This document shows, one piece after another, positions 28,299 through 47,765 of a stretch of DNA of 64,000 nt. This stretch comes from Eledone cirrhosa (lineage: Eukaryota). Within the stretch, counting starts at the first letter, position 1. Each line of letters begins with the position of its first letter. Below the pieces are notes generated by a model, which saw nothing but the letters and a program-made list of their open reading frames with translations, was not told the origin of the DNA and searched no databases. The stretch is from contig OZ024740.1 of the NCBI GenBank assembly GCA_964016885.1, forward strand, positions 354,268,001-354,332,000. Direction: 5' to 3'. A program made the position numbers and the translations under genes.

Positions 28299-31200
28299 CC
28301 CATGTCCTGGGTATGACATTAAACTACATCGAGTGGCAAGGCTCCAGTTCGGAGTTCAGGAGATGTGGGAATGTGGAGTTACCCCTTAGTTGTCATGACT
28401 CCCAGGTCTGCCCTGGCCCGGGGTGGTAGTACCTGTTAGGGCTCCATTTATGGTTAAATAACTACCTTATTCGAGTGACGCCGGTAAGGTATTGTCAGCC
28501 ATTGAAAAGAAATATGGAGAGTCGATCTAACAGCACTAGGGTTAGAGCCCCTAATTACACTGTCAAGGAGCAGCCTGGTCGTTATGACTCTGCTGGCTTA
28601 GAGCCACAGAGAGGGCCAGTGGATGATGGATCAGCTGTCTCTGAGACAAATATAAAGAATGCAGTTTTGTCCTGCAGAAGAGCCATCAAAATGGGCACTT
28701 TGAATGTGAGGACTATTCGAACGCTGGAGAAGAGAGAGGAGTTGGGACATCTGTTCGAGGAGAGTGGTATACAGATACTTGCGATCCAAGACACAGGATT
28801 CTACACGATGAGCCCGTGAGGAGTGTGATGATCGGGAGGAAGAGCCAGCTCATCACTACATCGGCAGTGAAGAACACAACAAATACTGCAGTAGGAGGAG
28901 TGGGTTTTGTGTTCAGTGCAAAAAACCAATCTGTTGGTGAGGGAAATAATGCCTATCTCCCCGCGAGTGTTGAGGGTGACCTTCAATGGAAACCCAAGAC
29001 TGACAGTCATCTTAGCCTATAGTCCAACCGAGGGGGACAGTGATGTGAATGCCGAGGAGTTCCATGAGGAGGTGTGTAGAGCTGTCAACACCACTCAGGC
29101 ACACAATATCCTGCTTGTTTTGGGGGACTTCAATGCACATCTGAGTAAGGAGGCAGTGAAGATCCTTGCTGGTACTTCCATAACAACACCAACCGAAATG
29201 GAAGACTACTGAGAGACACCCTGCTGGAGGCGAACTTGATGGCGACCAACCTAAGGTTTAGGAAGAATCTGGGAAGATGTGGACCTACATCTCAGATATG
29301 CACCTGTTCAAGTCTCAGATTGATTTCATTCTGGTGAGGAAAAAGTGGCGGAATAGTGTTCTGAACACGGAACCATACAGCTATTTCAGTACACTGGGTA
29401 GTGACCACCGGCTTGTTATGAGTGAGGTCCGCGTGAGCTTAAGAAAGAGCAAGGCTCAGCCCCGGAGAACAATCTATGACTGGGGAGCTTTCAAGGAAGA
29501 TGATAAGCTACAGGAGAGGTTCACAGTGGAAGTGAGAAACAGGTTTAGTGCTCTGTGTGGAGAGTCAGAGGAGAGAGAGATTGGATGGACTGAGGAGAGA
29601 GTGTGACGAGGAGGTACGGGCACTTCACCAATGCAGTGGCGAAAGCAAGTGAAACCCTGGTGCCGAGGAAAAGAACAAAGGGAAGCACGTCAGCTCTGCA
29701 AACCCAAAAGTGTGTGCAGCCAGAGAACACCTGAAAGCTGCCAGGGACCAATTCTATGCTGATCCTACGGAGGAGAGGATGGAGACTGTGGAGGTGATGA
29801 GGGAAGAGCTCTGTACCGCTTACACTGAGGTCAGAGAGGAGGCACTGATAGAGAAGATCAGAAGTGTGGAGAGAGCGGTTGACAGATCTGGATGTAAGGA
29901 GAGCTGGATGATCATCAACGAGATCACAGGGAGGAAGAAAAGGTGTTCGAGTCAGATCCAGGGAACGGGGCCCGAGGATAGGAAGAGGAAATGGCTAGGC
30001 CATTTTAGGACCCTACTAGGAGAGCTAACCTCCACAGCCCAGAGCACTGGGGAGATCAGGCGGCTGTTTGAGGAACTGGATGTTGAGTTGAGACAGAGCC
30101 CTTCACACCAGCCAGAGGAGCTTCAGAGAGCCAAGAAGAAGATCAAGGAGGGCAAGGCTCATGGAGAAGATGGAGTGGCATCAGAGGTGATGAAGAGGTG
30201 TGATTTTGATGATATCATCCTGGGGTTCTGTAACGGGGCACTGGAGAAAGGAGTTGCCCCAATCAGTGGAGGATCAGTAACATCGTCCCAGTGCCAAAGA
30301 AGGGAGAACTCTCTAACACCAACAACTACCGGGGATCTCACTGACGTCACTTGTGGCAAAGACCCTCAACAGGATGATTCTTAACAGGATCCAGCTGAGA
30401 TGGAGAAGAAGCTCAGGGACAACCAGAACGGCTTCAGAGAGGGTAGATCAACCACCAGTCACATCCTGATGCTGAGGAAGATATTAGAGGGATCTAGAGC
30501 AAAGTGCCTTCCTGCGGTCATGGTTTTCATTGACTTTAGGAAGGCCTTTGATTCTGTGGACGTTACTGCTGATGAAGATCTTACAGGCTTATGGAATCCC
30601 CAAGAGGATAGTGGACCTGATATCACTGCTCTACACAACACCAAAGCCCAAGTCATTACACCTGATGGATGACAGAGTTCTTTGAGATACTGGCTGGAGT
30701 GCTCCAGGGAGATACATTGGCTCCCTACCTTTTTATCATCGTAGTGGACTATTGTATGCGCCTTGCACTGAGAAACACCAGGACTCTGGCTTTACTGTAG
30801 CACCGGCTCAGAGCAGGAGAGTTGGGGCGAAAAAGGTATCGATGCTGAATTTGCCGACGACATAGTTTTGGTGACAAATACAGTGAAGGAGGCAGAGGAT
30901 TTGATGCGGGAGGTTGAGACTGTGTCGATGAGTGTGGGGCTGAGAATGAATGAGACTAAAACAAAATATCTGTAGAGAATGTTGAGAAGCCAGAGGGGAT
31001 CACTAATGTAGGCGGGAAGCCGCTGGAATTGGTTGAGGACTTCCTGTATTTGGGAGCAAAGATTGGGAATACGGAAGATGATGTGGTTGAGAGGAAGAGC
31101 AAGGCCTGGGCGGCGTGTCACAGCTTGAGATCGGTGTGGAAGTCGGACCTTCGTAGAGACCTGAAAATCCGCCTCTTCATTGCTGTAGTGGAGTCTGTGC

Positions 31201-31607
31201 TGTTGTATGGGTCTGAGACTTGGACACTGACCAAGAGACTCACTCAGATGGTGGATGGGTGCTACACGAGAATGCTGAGGATGGCTCTGAACATTAATCA
31301 GTATACACTGAGGATGAAAAACTCAGAGCTGTATGGGAGCATCCCAAAAGTCAGCTCAAAAGTGACACAGAGGAGACTGAGGTTGGCTGGACATGCTCAC
31401 CGACATCCAGAGTTGACATTGCACTCAGTGCTCCTTTGGGAGCCCCTACATGGACACACTAGAAGAGGAAGACCCAGGTTAACATATGTTGATGCCCTAA
31501 GGACAGACACTGGTCTGTTGGAGATGCAGGATATGGCAGCGATAATGAGGGACAGAGACCGCTGGAGAGAACTCGTCCATGGATCTCGGGAATTTTACCC
31601 GCCTTAG
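28299..31607 (+). mobile_element. Apparently full-length RTE-type LINE (family C; APE+RT single ORF, many frameshifts)
   Basis: MGTLNVRT..ILAIQ, AYSPT, LGDFNAH, QIDFIL..SDHRL (APE); QNGFREGRST, FIDFRKAFDS, GVLQGDTLAPYLF, FADD, YGSETW, RRLRLAGH, RGRPRLTY; flanked on both sides by (TA)n. Confidence 0.9.
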
Positions 31608-36350
<4,743 letters not shown>

Positions 36351-37589
36351 TATAATCTTGCTTAAAACATGCATTATTAATGCATGTTTTGTTTATTTCC
36401 ACTTAATGCTACTTAATGCATGTTTTACTTATTTCCAGTTTCTTACAACACACATGAAAATCTAAAAGTTAACTATTCCTTCACTTGTGAAAAATCCTCT
36501 TTGTTATATTTGCAGATTAATTTCTCATGCAATCCACATGAAAATGCTAAAATATAGAAAAGAATCAGTGTCCTTCATTTACTTATAGAATAAGCAGTGT
36601 ATCTGAACAGAAAGAAATTGAATTGCATATCCAAATCATTTGGACAGCTATATAGATCAATTTTTTCAAGCTGCATAAATGGAATAGATATGAAGCATGC
36701 ATGGATATTACATTATATAAAGCATGCAGTACATGTCTGAGAGGTGTTTCAGTTTTGAGAGTATTGAGAGTTTTGAGGTGCTGGTCATATGACAAATGTA
36801 TTTAATTATACTCCGAAGTTAATTTACAATACAAATATTCACAGGAAATTCATTTCTGCTGAAAATTCTATTTCTGGAGTTTTTTGCATGAATATGTATG
36901 CACATCCAGAGAGTTATGCAGTGTCATTTAATCATCACGAAACACTGACTTCATATTGTGTTTTTAGGTAATGTCATCTTCTTGAAGCCTATCACTTTTC
37001 AATTTATAAGGATCAATGCAACACTGCAAGATATAAACCCTTGACAAAATGTCTTTGTAATGCAGCTGTTGTTTTCATTTGTGTGTTGACTAAACATAAA
37101 GAGGGTTTTTACAGGGCTTGTTTTTTTATTGAAGCAACTGCAGTATAATACTAGTACTTATTTTAGAAAACCGAAAGACACTCAATTGTGATGTGATTTC
37201 AAATCAGAATGTTGAGATATGAAACTAAACAGTAAATGGTAAAAGTGTTAATGCTGGCGTATAATGAAGAAGATATTTCAAGTGAAACATGTCTTCTATC
37301 TCAGTCATCAAAGTTTGTTTAATATTCAAAATATAAATGGTGTCAGATATGTTGATGTAGACATGATGGACCCTTCATCAGTTTTGTTGAACATTCAGTC
37401 ACTTGATCAGCCGAATGTCAAACTCATGAATAAATGTGTATGTGGTTAATGTCTAAGTGGTAAAGTAACCCACAGACACATTACCCTTAATGTAATTTGC
37501 AGGTAGAATCAGTATGACAATATGTGACAAGGCTGGACCTTTGAATTACATTTACAATCCCTACAAGAGGCTTCAATCCAGTTTCAATC

Positions 37590-37722
37590 AATCAAATGTC
37601 ACTCACAAAGTTTGGGTCTGCCTAAAACTATAGTAAAGGCACTTGCCCAAGATGTGGTGGGATCAAACCCAGGGTCTCATGACTGTAAAGCAAACTCTCT
37701 TTAACCACTCAGCCATGCCTGT
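37590..37722 (-). mobile_element. Decayed tRNA/CORE-type SINE (relatives ~43940-44090, ~47225-47365, ~42340-42490)
   Basis: cactcacaaag..tatagtaaaggcacttgcccaag..gggatcaaaccc..ttaaccactcagccatgcctg. Confidence 0.55.
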
Positions 37723-37972
37723 CTCCATGACATATACACATACATGATATTAAATTAAAAAAAAAAAACAACATGTAACCTTATGGGCAGAATTTTGTCA
37801 GTTAACAAGGCTGGTTTGAACAAATAGCATTGGTTTTATGGCAATTCTCTTTGTCTGATTTGAATGTTAGAAGAACAGAATGTCAAGACCAAATCCTCTT
37901 ATACAGGAATACAATAAAATAGCTAAAATGATAAGTTAAAAAAATATTGCTATTAAAGAAAAGTATATTTAC

Positions 37973-38078
37973 CTTGAGGTGAGTTGTCAAATTTTTCTGC
38001 AACAAATTTCAAATCTAAAGGTACATCAATTGTTGTGTCTGTCGTATTTGATTGTGAATTTGCAAAACTTATGAACAC
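37973..38078 (-). CDS. ABCA1: ABCA transporter, C-terminal exon (VFISFANSQSNTTDTTIDVPLDLKFVAEKFDNSPQ)
   Basis: Acceptor ttttcttacag; VFxxFA motif follows TTLDQ in phase 0; ends at donor AAG|gtaaat or reads through GKYTFL* to 37953. Symbol denotes the ABCA1/2/4/7 clade. Confidence 0.8.
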
Positions 38079-39572
38079 CTGTAAGAAAATAACATGGGTA
38101 CACCTCAAATTGAATGAAAACATGTAATAATCTATTTAAAATAAAATTGCTTTCCATCTCAATAAAAGTTTGCAGTGCAGTACTTTTTGAAATGATACTA
38201 AAGGAATAAATGGTGAAGATGCTTTGTAGCATATAGTTACAGCCCTTTATGTACTGAGTTCAAATCATATTTCAGGGCTATTACCATATTTTAGACACTT
38301 AGATTTGTTAGGGTAGAACACATCAATCATTTTTGTTTTACATTTGAAAAGAGAGTATTAGCCCTGAAATATCATAATGAAATATACTGAGTAAAACATC
38401 ACTTTGTTTTGTTTTATTTGTCATCCTTTGCTCTTTATATATTTCTACCACCATGTACTGGCTTTCTGAAACTTATCAGTCATTATTATTATTATTATTA
38501 TAAAGGATGATAAATGTTAACAATATACAGTAAATAGCACTATTAGGCACAGAACATCTAAAGAGTACTCTCAATACAATAGAAGTAACATTACCAAAAG
38601 CAACACTGCACACACCCAAAGTACACAGAGCTGTGCTCAGTAATGCTGTGACAGCACACAATAAAAATAAGACATTAAGATTACTACTACTACTACTACT
38701 ACTACTAATAATAATAATAATAAAAACAACAACAACAACAACTACTACTACAACAACACTGGTGATTTCTAATTTAGGCACAAGGCCAACAGTTTAGGGG
38801 AGGAGGGGAAAGACAATTAAATTGACTGCAGTACTTGACTGACTCGAGAATGATAAAAATCTAAGTTGATCATGGCAGGATTTGAGCTCAGAATACATTT
38901 TGTTCAAAACTCTAATGACTCTGCCAATTGACTGTCCTAGCAGTAGTAGCAGCAGCAGCAGCAGTAACAACTATAATCATTATTATTATTGAAGAAGAAC
39001 AACAACAACAAAAACAATAGCAGCAACAACAATGGCAACATCAACAACCCTGCTCAATTCTGCTTGAGTAGAATTAAAGCCTGGAGGGAGTGGATCAAAT
39101 AATTTATTCAAGTAGCATTTCATTTCATGATCATCTGATCTTTATTGTAAGGTATACTTTTAAAGACAATTTATTGAGAAGAAAGTAATTTGGTGGTTAT
39201 ATATATCAAGCAATTTGAGTGACTACAACAATAACTGGCTTATATAACCAGCTATAAAAATAGAAATAATGCTTTAAAGTCTACATCAGAAACTATATAT
39301 AACAACAGCCTTATGTAAAGGAAAAAAAACAACAAACAAAACAAAACTTTTCAACTTGAGCAAAGTTATATTTGTTGATAGAGAGAAGAACTCAATGTAA
39401 AGTGAAGAATATTGTTTTGGAATCATTCTACATTACAAATATTATAGATATAAATCAATAAATAAATCTTTACTTCCATTAAAAGATAAAACAACAGGCA
39501 CTTTTGACAGTTTTCTCAATATAGCATGAGATTATTTAAGTGTAATCAGTAAAGATTGTCCATATTTGTTAA

Positions 39573-39810
39573 CCCTTTTGATATCATACCGCATGAAACT
39601 ACTCATGGTTCTATGATTCAAAACTTTTGTTTTAAAGTGTTTATATTTATCTAAAAATCAATCTTCTATCATAATTTTAAGTAAGAACCTTTGTTAAGCT
39701 ATATTCCAAATATAGTTATAATACTAAATCCCTCAAGAGTCTTGATTATTTTCAAAATTGCTTGAAGCATATAGATAAGGAAGTTCATTAGAAATGTGGT
39801 ATCGCAAGGG
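39573..39810. mobile_element. piggyBac-like MITE with TTAA TSD
   Basis: ttaa|ccctt ... aaggg|ttaa. Confidence 0.6.
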
Positions 39811-41862
39811 TTAAATAGCACATGTGCATGTGTACATGTGTGAGGTATTGGTGTTTTCTTTGTAAGAGTGAAAGTATTCAAGCTACAGTTGAATTTAGTT
39901 GGACAAGCTATTGAACATACTAGTAAACACAACAAACATTTTAAGGCCATTTTCCAAGCTAAAGCATGCAATGTTTTATAGCCTGATGATGTTCTTGCTG
40001 CTAACTCTCTTAGTTGTAACCTCTTACAACATTGTTCTTATTCTAAAACTGATACACAGATGCTATTGGGTATAGCAAGTGTTAAAATGTTTAATTGTAC
40101 TATTATTTTTTAATAATTACTATACATTATTTTAAACTATCATTTTAGCAGCACAACAGATTTGACAGAAAGGGCAGAGTACCAAACTACCAAACCTAAT
40201 GCCCTGTATATATGTCTTTGATCTGCCATCACTTGTCCTTTCTAACATAAGTAGTAGTAACAGATAAAAACAAACCAAAAAGATGATGTAGAGCAAATAC
40301 ATCTAATTATGTTATTCAGCTGGTTACCTCACTTTCATTTAGATGTTCAGTAATGTGCCTAATCCTTTTCCAGATCTTCCAGCCAGTAATGACAAATTAT
40401 TATGATGAAATTAATATTTAATTCCATGCTTTCTATGAATATATTGCTTTGTTATCAAAAGACACCAAATATAAATTTATCATTAATGGAGACGGATATA
40501 ATGATTGATCTAAAAGAAAAATCATTTGGACAGAGGAATATCAAACTACACTGATCTACTCCTCTAATGAAAACTAAAGTAGGTATGTGTTTGTTTCAAA
40601 TCAGATGATATGAACAGATTGATTGGTTATGTGCAACGTAACAATTTTTCGTAGAAAGCAGATAAGTGTCAGATATTTTAATACCAGCATTCCATTGCTA
40701 TGTGACACTATATGGTGTTATAGAGCCATAAAAAGGTTGCATAAAACCTTGAAAATGTATTTTGTAATGAAAAGAATGGTGATACATTCAGTGAAACTGC
40801 TAATCTCTTGGCTAAATTTAGTGACTTCACATCCATGTTTTTCATAATTTGTTTTCATGCCATACTGTCACAAGCTGAGAAACTAGAAATATTTTATAGT
40901 GTAAAGAGTTTGACTTGGTTTTATTCAATGTGCAGCAAATAGTTATGAACCTGAACATTATGAAAACATTGTCCAAGAAACAATGATAGACACTGAATGA
41001 CAAGAAGAATCAGATGTTCCCCCTACAAAAAAAACTGGGAAAAAGAGAATGAATCATAAAGTGACATATTCTGAAATAGCCTTATACCATTGAAAGACTT
41101 ATTTGCTCATATTTTGATTTAATGGATATGAAGAAGTTTAAAGCATTTGCCCATACATTCCCTATGCAACATATAAATGCTTTTCAGTGCAAAAAACCTA
41201 ATATGTTTAGTTACAAATCCTTGATAAGTAAGCCCAGGTATATATATAATTACAATGACTTAAAAAAGTTTCATCAAGCAAACTCATTTTAAAGGGACTT
41301 CATAAATTGGGTTTCTTGATTACTATGTTAGACTAATTCAACTTTTACAGACCACCCCTGCAACTTTGGGATTGGGTTCTAAACCTATAGTTATATCTAC
41401 ATAAAATTTATCTGAAAACTTCTAGTATACGCTGTGAGTTAACATACATATTTGTTGTTGCTGTTGTTATTGTTCTTCTTCTGCTTATTATAATTATTAT
41501 AAAGGCTGGTGGATTGGCATCAGACACATGCTTAGCAGTATTTGTTATGTCTCTTGACATTCTGATTTTGAATCCTGCTTTTGGGTTTCGATAAAATAAT
41601 ATATCAGTTATGTACTGGGTCAATATAATCAACTTTGCCATGCCTCCTAATTTCTGGCCTTGTGCCAATGTTAGAAAGAATTATTATATATACATATAAA
41701 CAAAACATACACACATGCATATATATATTTATTCCCCCCACATAAACACATATGCATACACAGTGTGCATGTATTTATGTATACATATTTACATCCACAC
41801 ATACAAATAAAGCAGACTCAACTGAGTTGCGTTTCTAAACATAAAAAATGCATGCATATGAT

Positions 41863-41979
<117 letters not shown>

Positions 41980-44383
41980 TATCCATTTCCTTTGTTATTC
42001 TAGCAGATAAAATTAATTATACCCCAATTCCACTGCTCTCTGTTTCAGAACACTTCACACCTCCCAACTTCAAGGCATAGAACATTAGTGATCCTCCTCC
42101 TCTTCCTTCACCTCCTCTTCCTATCAGTTTCTCTCTGTGTTTCATATACCTAACATCTGACTTCCTACCTAGTTTCTGGTTATTGCTCTTTGCTACACGT
42201 TGAGTTTCACTCCCCAATAGCCCATATCTATAATACACTAACACCGTGCTTCATTAGCTTGCTGTGCTGAATTCAATTTTTCTCATGGGAAACGTTACCT
42301 GTGAAAGACTGGCATTCTATGTAAAGTGTTAAAGATACAGCATATCTGAATGGTTAAGAGGTTTACTTTGCAATTATTAGTGTTCAATCCCACTGGCATC
42401 TTGGGAAATTGTCATTTATCATAGCCTGGTTGACCTATGTTTTGTGAGTGAAACTGGGGAGATGGAAACTGTTTGAAAGCCCATCAGATGGACTGTACCA
42501 GTAATTCAAAGAGATAGCTTTGTCATACATTGTGTCATTGTGACATGTTGAATCTCCAGTGCCTGTGGAATGTTCAGCAATTTATAAGTTAATTTCATGA
42601 GTAGGCTGTTTTGTTGATCAAACAACTGGAATGCTCATCATCAAAACCAACAGTGTTCTATCATTATAAAATGAAATGTGTTCTTTATCAGCACTCCTTC
42701 AACACTGTATTTGATCTATCTACAAAATTGTTCAGTTATTGCAATATATTGCCTCTTTGGAATACCCAGTAGTCTCCTGTCTCTTCCTTTTTAACATAGG
42801 CATCACTTTATACTGTTTGGAAATTTTACCTAACAGAGAAATACTTTCACTTCCATATCTTCCTTCTTGTATTTTCTTCCATTTGAGTATTTCTTGTCTT
42901 CCACCTAAAGTCTCTAACCCCTAGTCTATGTTGTGGAGTACATTTTACACACTAAAATGATTTGGTGTTTCCAATAATCTGATTTTATTACTATTTTTTT
43001 TTACTTCAAGACACAACCTAAATTTTTCAAATATCTTTTTTAATAATCAAGAATTTAGAGCGATTTAGGAATACAATTAACTTTCTCATTATTAAAATGA
43101 TGTTTGGAACATAACTTAAAGGTTATTACATAAATTTATAATGGAATGAAAAAATACTTTTAAAAAGTATTGTATCATAGAACCAAGTGCATTTTCAGGT
43201 AGTTTAGTATCAAAAGAGTTACACTTCAAATTTCACATTAATAAAATAGGTTTTCAAGAATAAAACATTAAGAATGGGGGAAACTGAATAAATATTTGTT
43301 TTCATAATTAAAATTGAATCCTGTTCGTTTTTTAAATTTTAATTTCAGTTTTTATTTCATCTTTTTCTCTTTATTAATATATGAAAATATAATGTAATTG
43401 AAAAACTTTAATCTTGTTATTTTTAGAATACTTAAATATCTGATGTATTTTTAATAGAATATTTTTATTAGAGTTTGCAGTATATATATATATATAAAAC
43501 ATGTTGTATATATATATATATAAAACATGTTGTCAGACAACATGTTTTATGGGATAGAGTTATAGCCCTTTACTATTTGAGTTCAAATCGTGCCAAGGTT
43601 AGATTTGCCTTTCATCCTTACGAGGTTGATAAAATAAAGTACCAGTAATGCACTGAGGTCGATTTAATCAACTTTCCCCTTCTCAAAAATTGTTGGCCTC
43701 ATGCCTAAATCAGAAACCAATATTCTTTTATTCTTTTACTGGTTTCAATCACTGAACTGCAGATACTCTGGGGTACCACCTTCAAAGGTTTAGTTGATAC
43801 CAACACTTCCAATATTTATTTTTAAATCTGGTATTTATTTTATCAATTTCAATTGGTTGAACTGCTAAGTTATAAGGCACAAAGATGTTAAGCAGTATAT
43901 ATATATATAAACAGGAAAACGTGGACACACATACACATATAATAGACTTCTGCAGAGTTTCTGTCTAGCAAATTTTATTCACACTGCATTGGTCTATAAG
44001 AAGTAATAGCAGAATACACATGTCAAAAGTGCCACAGAGTGGGACCAAACCCCAAATCATGTGAACTTCTTAATTACAACATGCCTGTACCTATATTAGG
44101 TGACTTATTTATTAAATTAACTTTTAATACCCTATATCACATCAAACCACATTAGCAAGACATTCTTGAAAAGTATAAAACATCACTATGACTGCATCAC
44201 ATTAAGAATTAAAGTCTTTTCTCTGATACTACAAGTTTTCACAGTGATCTGTTCACTATTAAACACACTGTAAACATTTGAATTAACTATTGAATTTTTA
44301 AAGATATTTTCTTTAAAATTTTATAGAATGTTTAATTTTAATGTATAGAAAAAATTAAGATTAAGATGAATATTAATATTTAC

Positions 44384-44627
44384 CTGATCAAGGGTTGTCT
44401 GTGTAACTGAGTATTCTTCAATGTTCAGTTCAGATTTCATATTCTCCATTATGGAAAATATCTTTGATAAAGAGGCTTCTTGAATACCTAATTGATAACT
44501 AATCATATTGTAATGTTTTTCCTTGTGAACTGCATGTGGGAAATGTTCTGCTATATATTTCATCACAGGTTGAAGATCAGGACACTGGCCAAGCAATCTT
44601 ATAGATAATAAATAGCCATCACCAAAT
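44384..44627 (-). CDS. ABCA1: ABCA exon, 244 bp (FGDGYLLSIRL...YSVTQTTLDQ)
   Basis: AG/GT boundaries, phase-consistent, ABCA regulatory-domain motifs. Confidence 0.92.
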
Positions 44628-45672
44628 CTAGTTTGAAGAACGAATAAGAAATTATTAAATATAATATCCATATGTTAAACAAAATATCAATAACACTTAC
44701 CTATACACACACATACATATATATAAATATATATATATTTATAAATATATATAACCCTCAGGTTTTCATTTTAACTTTATCATTTTATCATTATGAATTT
44801 GGTGTAAGTTCTAAAAAATTATGATGAAGTATTTTAGATAAAACAAGTTTGTATCATACCAGGGGCTATTTCAGGCAGTTTGGTATCAAAATGGTTAAGC
44901 TCTGTTCAAAGCACAAATCCAATAATGGTGTAACCATTATTGATTCTGTTACTAACAGGCTGACATCCAATCATCAATCTGTCACAGTTCTTCTACAAGT
45001 TAGTATGCCAGGGCCATACTAACTTTCAACAATTTGTAACATTCAATAGTTTAATAGTTTTTTAATTTTCTAAAATTTGGGCTATATTTAAATATTCTAA
45101 CAAAATTCAAGTCTGAGTAAATTGTTAAAATTGAACCTAATTTCTATGTAACTAGCATATCAAACTAATATTTCTCTATGATTAGTAATTAAGAAAGAAT
45201 TAGAAATAATTCCAATAAAAAATAATTATATTGATATTGTATTAAGAATGTCCTACAAGTAAAATATTTCATGATGTAAAGTTCAAAATATAGCTATCAC
45301 TTTTGTAGAGGTGGAAATTACATTTCAAGAGTTTTGCATGTTGAAAAATTGATAAAACCGATATTTCCAGAGGGTAAAGAAAAATTTTAAATTTGAATTT
45401 GAATTGAAATAGAATAATTGAATCCACAAAAAAAAAAGTATGTTTTTATTGAATTTCTTTTCTACTTCAAGTTTCAATTTGAATATCTAAAAATACTTTT
45501 CTAAATCACTTTCAATTTTTGTTAGTTTGTTTTTGCTTCATTTACATTTATAAAACATTTACATTTTTTCAATTTGGAATCCCACGTCTTGCAAAAAAAA
45601 AAAAAAGAAAATGAAAAACAAATCAAACGCCCTATCCTGCTGTTATTTATAAAATATTTGTGAAAAAATTAC

Positions 45673-45765
45673 CTATTTTTTAAATGCTGTACACTTCCAA
45701 GGCACTGGAATCTACCATTTACCATTATAGCAATTTTTCCACATAATGCTTCACACTCTTCCATG
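45673..45765 (-). CDS. ABCA1: ABCA exon, 93 bp ([31 protein letters not shown])
   Basis: AG/GT boundaries; classic post-H-loop ABCA motif. Confidence 0.93.
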
Positions 45766-47424
45766 CTGAAATAGAATTCATGAATTTGTCATTAAAAGAA
45801 AATATATTTTAATATGTAATATGGGAATATTATCAGTATGTACGATTATTATTTAAAAAGAAATCTGAGACATCAGCTTGTTTTTTAATCCATATGATAC
45901 AAATACTAATAGACCTGTGCCATTGAATGTATGTCATGCTTGGAGTCCAGGATTGGTATGCTATATATACCAGGATTACTGGTTATATGAACAACCATAC
46001 AAACTGATAAATTTGCATTTTAATAAATTAATAGTTTGCATGAGGGAAATTCTATGATTTATATTGATTAAAGATAAAAATGATATTTTAATAATTTATT
46101 TCAAGGGTATAATTACATAAATGTCCAGTGTGTATGTACAAATGACATACAGGATTAACTGTATAAGTAACTTTGAAGAAATAAGTATTTACAGGGGTAG
46201 GGTAAGAACCCACGACCTTAAGATTGGAAAATGAATTTCTTATTGTAGCAACAGGACTGAGGTTGGAAATGCATTGTGTGTATATTTGTGTGTGTAAATT
46301 TGTACTCTTAATATTACAAATGTTCACAACAATCTATCCACTAATAAACATTTGAATTAACATCTGAATTAATAAATCTGTTTTTAGACATTTTCTATTA
46401 AATTGTTTCAAGACAGTAAGAGGTAGGCAATATTTTTATTCTTTAGAATGGCAGCAAATCTCTAATCTCTCTCTTTTCAGATCTTCCTAAATTTTACGTT
46501 TTACCTGTTTTTTTTCCAGAAATGTCACCATATTTCAATTAATTTTGAAAATTATCAAGAATTGTCAGGAACTTAGTAATATAACTATTATTAATTTGTC
46601 ATTCTTAAGCTGGTGTTTGAAGCATAACATTTTCTTACATAAAATTATGATGGAAAGTTTTTGATAAATATGAAACTTTAAAACAAACAGAGAACCAGGA
46701 GTGGTTTCAGGTGGTTTGGTATCAGAACTAATTAATAAAAGTCTACCACAAATATTGATTACTGGTTTGGACATGTGTTGTGTATGGATGAGAAACACAG
46801 GTAGTGCCAGTGGAAGGAAGCTTCAATAAAAGAAGACTGAGAAAGACCTAGGCAGGTGTTGATAGAGGATATTTCAAGACTCTAAATCTCACAGTAGAGA
46901 TTTCAACAGAATGCTGCAAATGAAGGGAGGCTGTGCTGGAAATGAAACATCCACCCCATGCAAGCATGGAAAATTGGATGTATAATGAAGATGATGATAC
47001 TGGTATAAATGTTTGAAATAACAACTATACATGACTGGTAATGCTGTGTGAGTGTCCTGTTGATCAATCAACTAGATGATCCACTCAATGACTTGGCATG
47101 TGAAATGGATGAATATTTCTAAGACTCATGTAAGCTGAACATAATTCAATATGATACAGTGTAACAGGGCTGCACTTTTGAATTACAGGTACAGTCCATC
47201 CAAGGACCTTTCATACATTTTCCAGCTACTCAATTTCACTATAAAAAAAACTTAGATTGATCCAAAGCTATAGTAAAAGACATTTGCCAAGATGCCACAC
47301 AGTGTTAGCAAACTCAGGACCTCGTGATTGTGAAGTGAGCTTCTTAACCAGTCAGCCATGCCTGCATTCATGAACATGACTGGTACAGGATGGATGAAAT
47401 ACACACTCAATAGCAGCCTTTTTG

Positions 47425-47765
47425 GTTTAGAATCAGAAAACAGCACAGCTCCCATGACTTTCGGAAACATTTTTTTCATGCTCAGAGTTGCTGAAGCATG
47501 AAACAAACTATCTGCATTAGTTGTTAGCTGTTGGGACACTGCATCCTTCAAAACTTCCATGCTTACCAAAATTCGCCAACTCTACACCTGATATCCTCCC
47601 TCCATACACATGCACGAATATATGTGTGTCTGTGTGTATATCATGACTCATTCACTGTTCACTCTCCTGATATTTGTACATTATTCTATGTACTATACAT
47701 GCACCTTTGATGAGTTGTAGTGCACCTGAGCACTGTACACAATCATTTTCAGTATTATTATTATT
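47425..47765 (+). mobile_element. CR1/L2-clade LINE 3' fragment
   Basis: QHSSHDFRKHFF..RVAEA..KL...VVSC..TASFKTSM; same family as 460-730. Confidence 0.65.

Noticed and set aside
28475-31607. Programmed frameshifting to explain the fragmented LINE C and A2 ORFs
   Set aside because: Numerous scattered 1-bp deletions fit decay or long-read consensus error; sister copy A1 is intact
37264-37295. atgaaga...gaaacatgtc minimal-hammerhead-like motif
   Set aside because: Lacks the first C, and stems I and II do not pair
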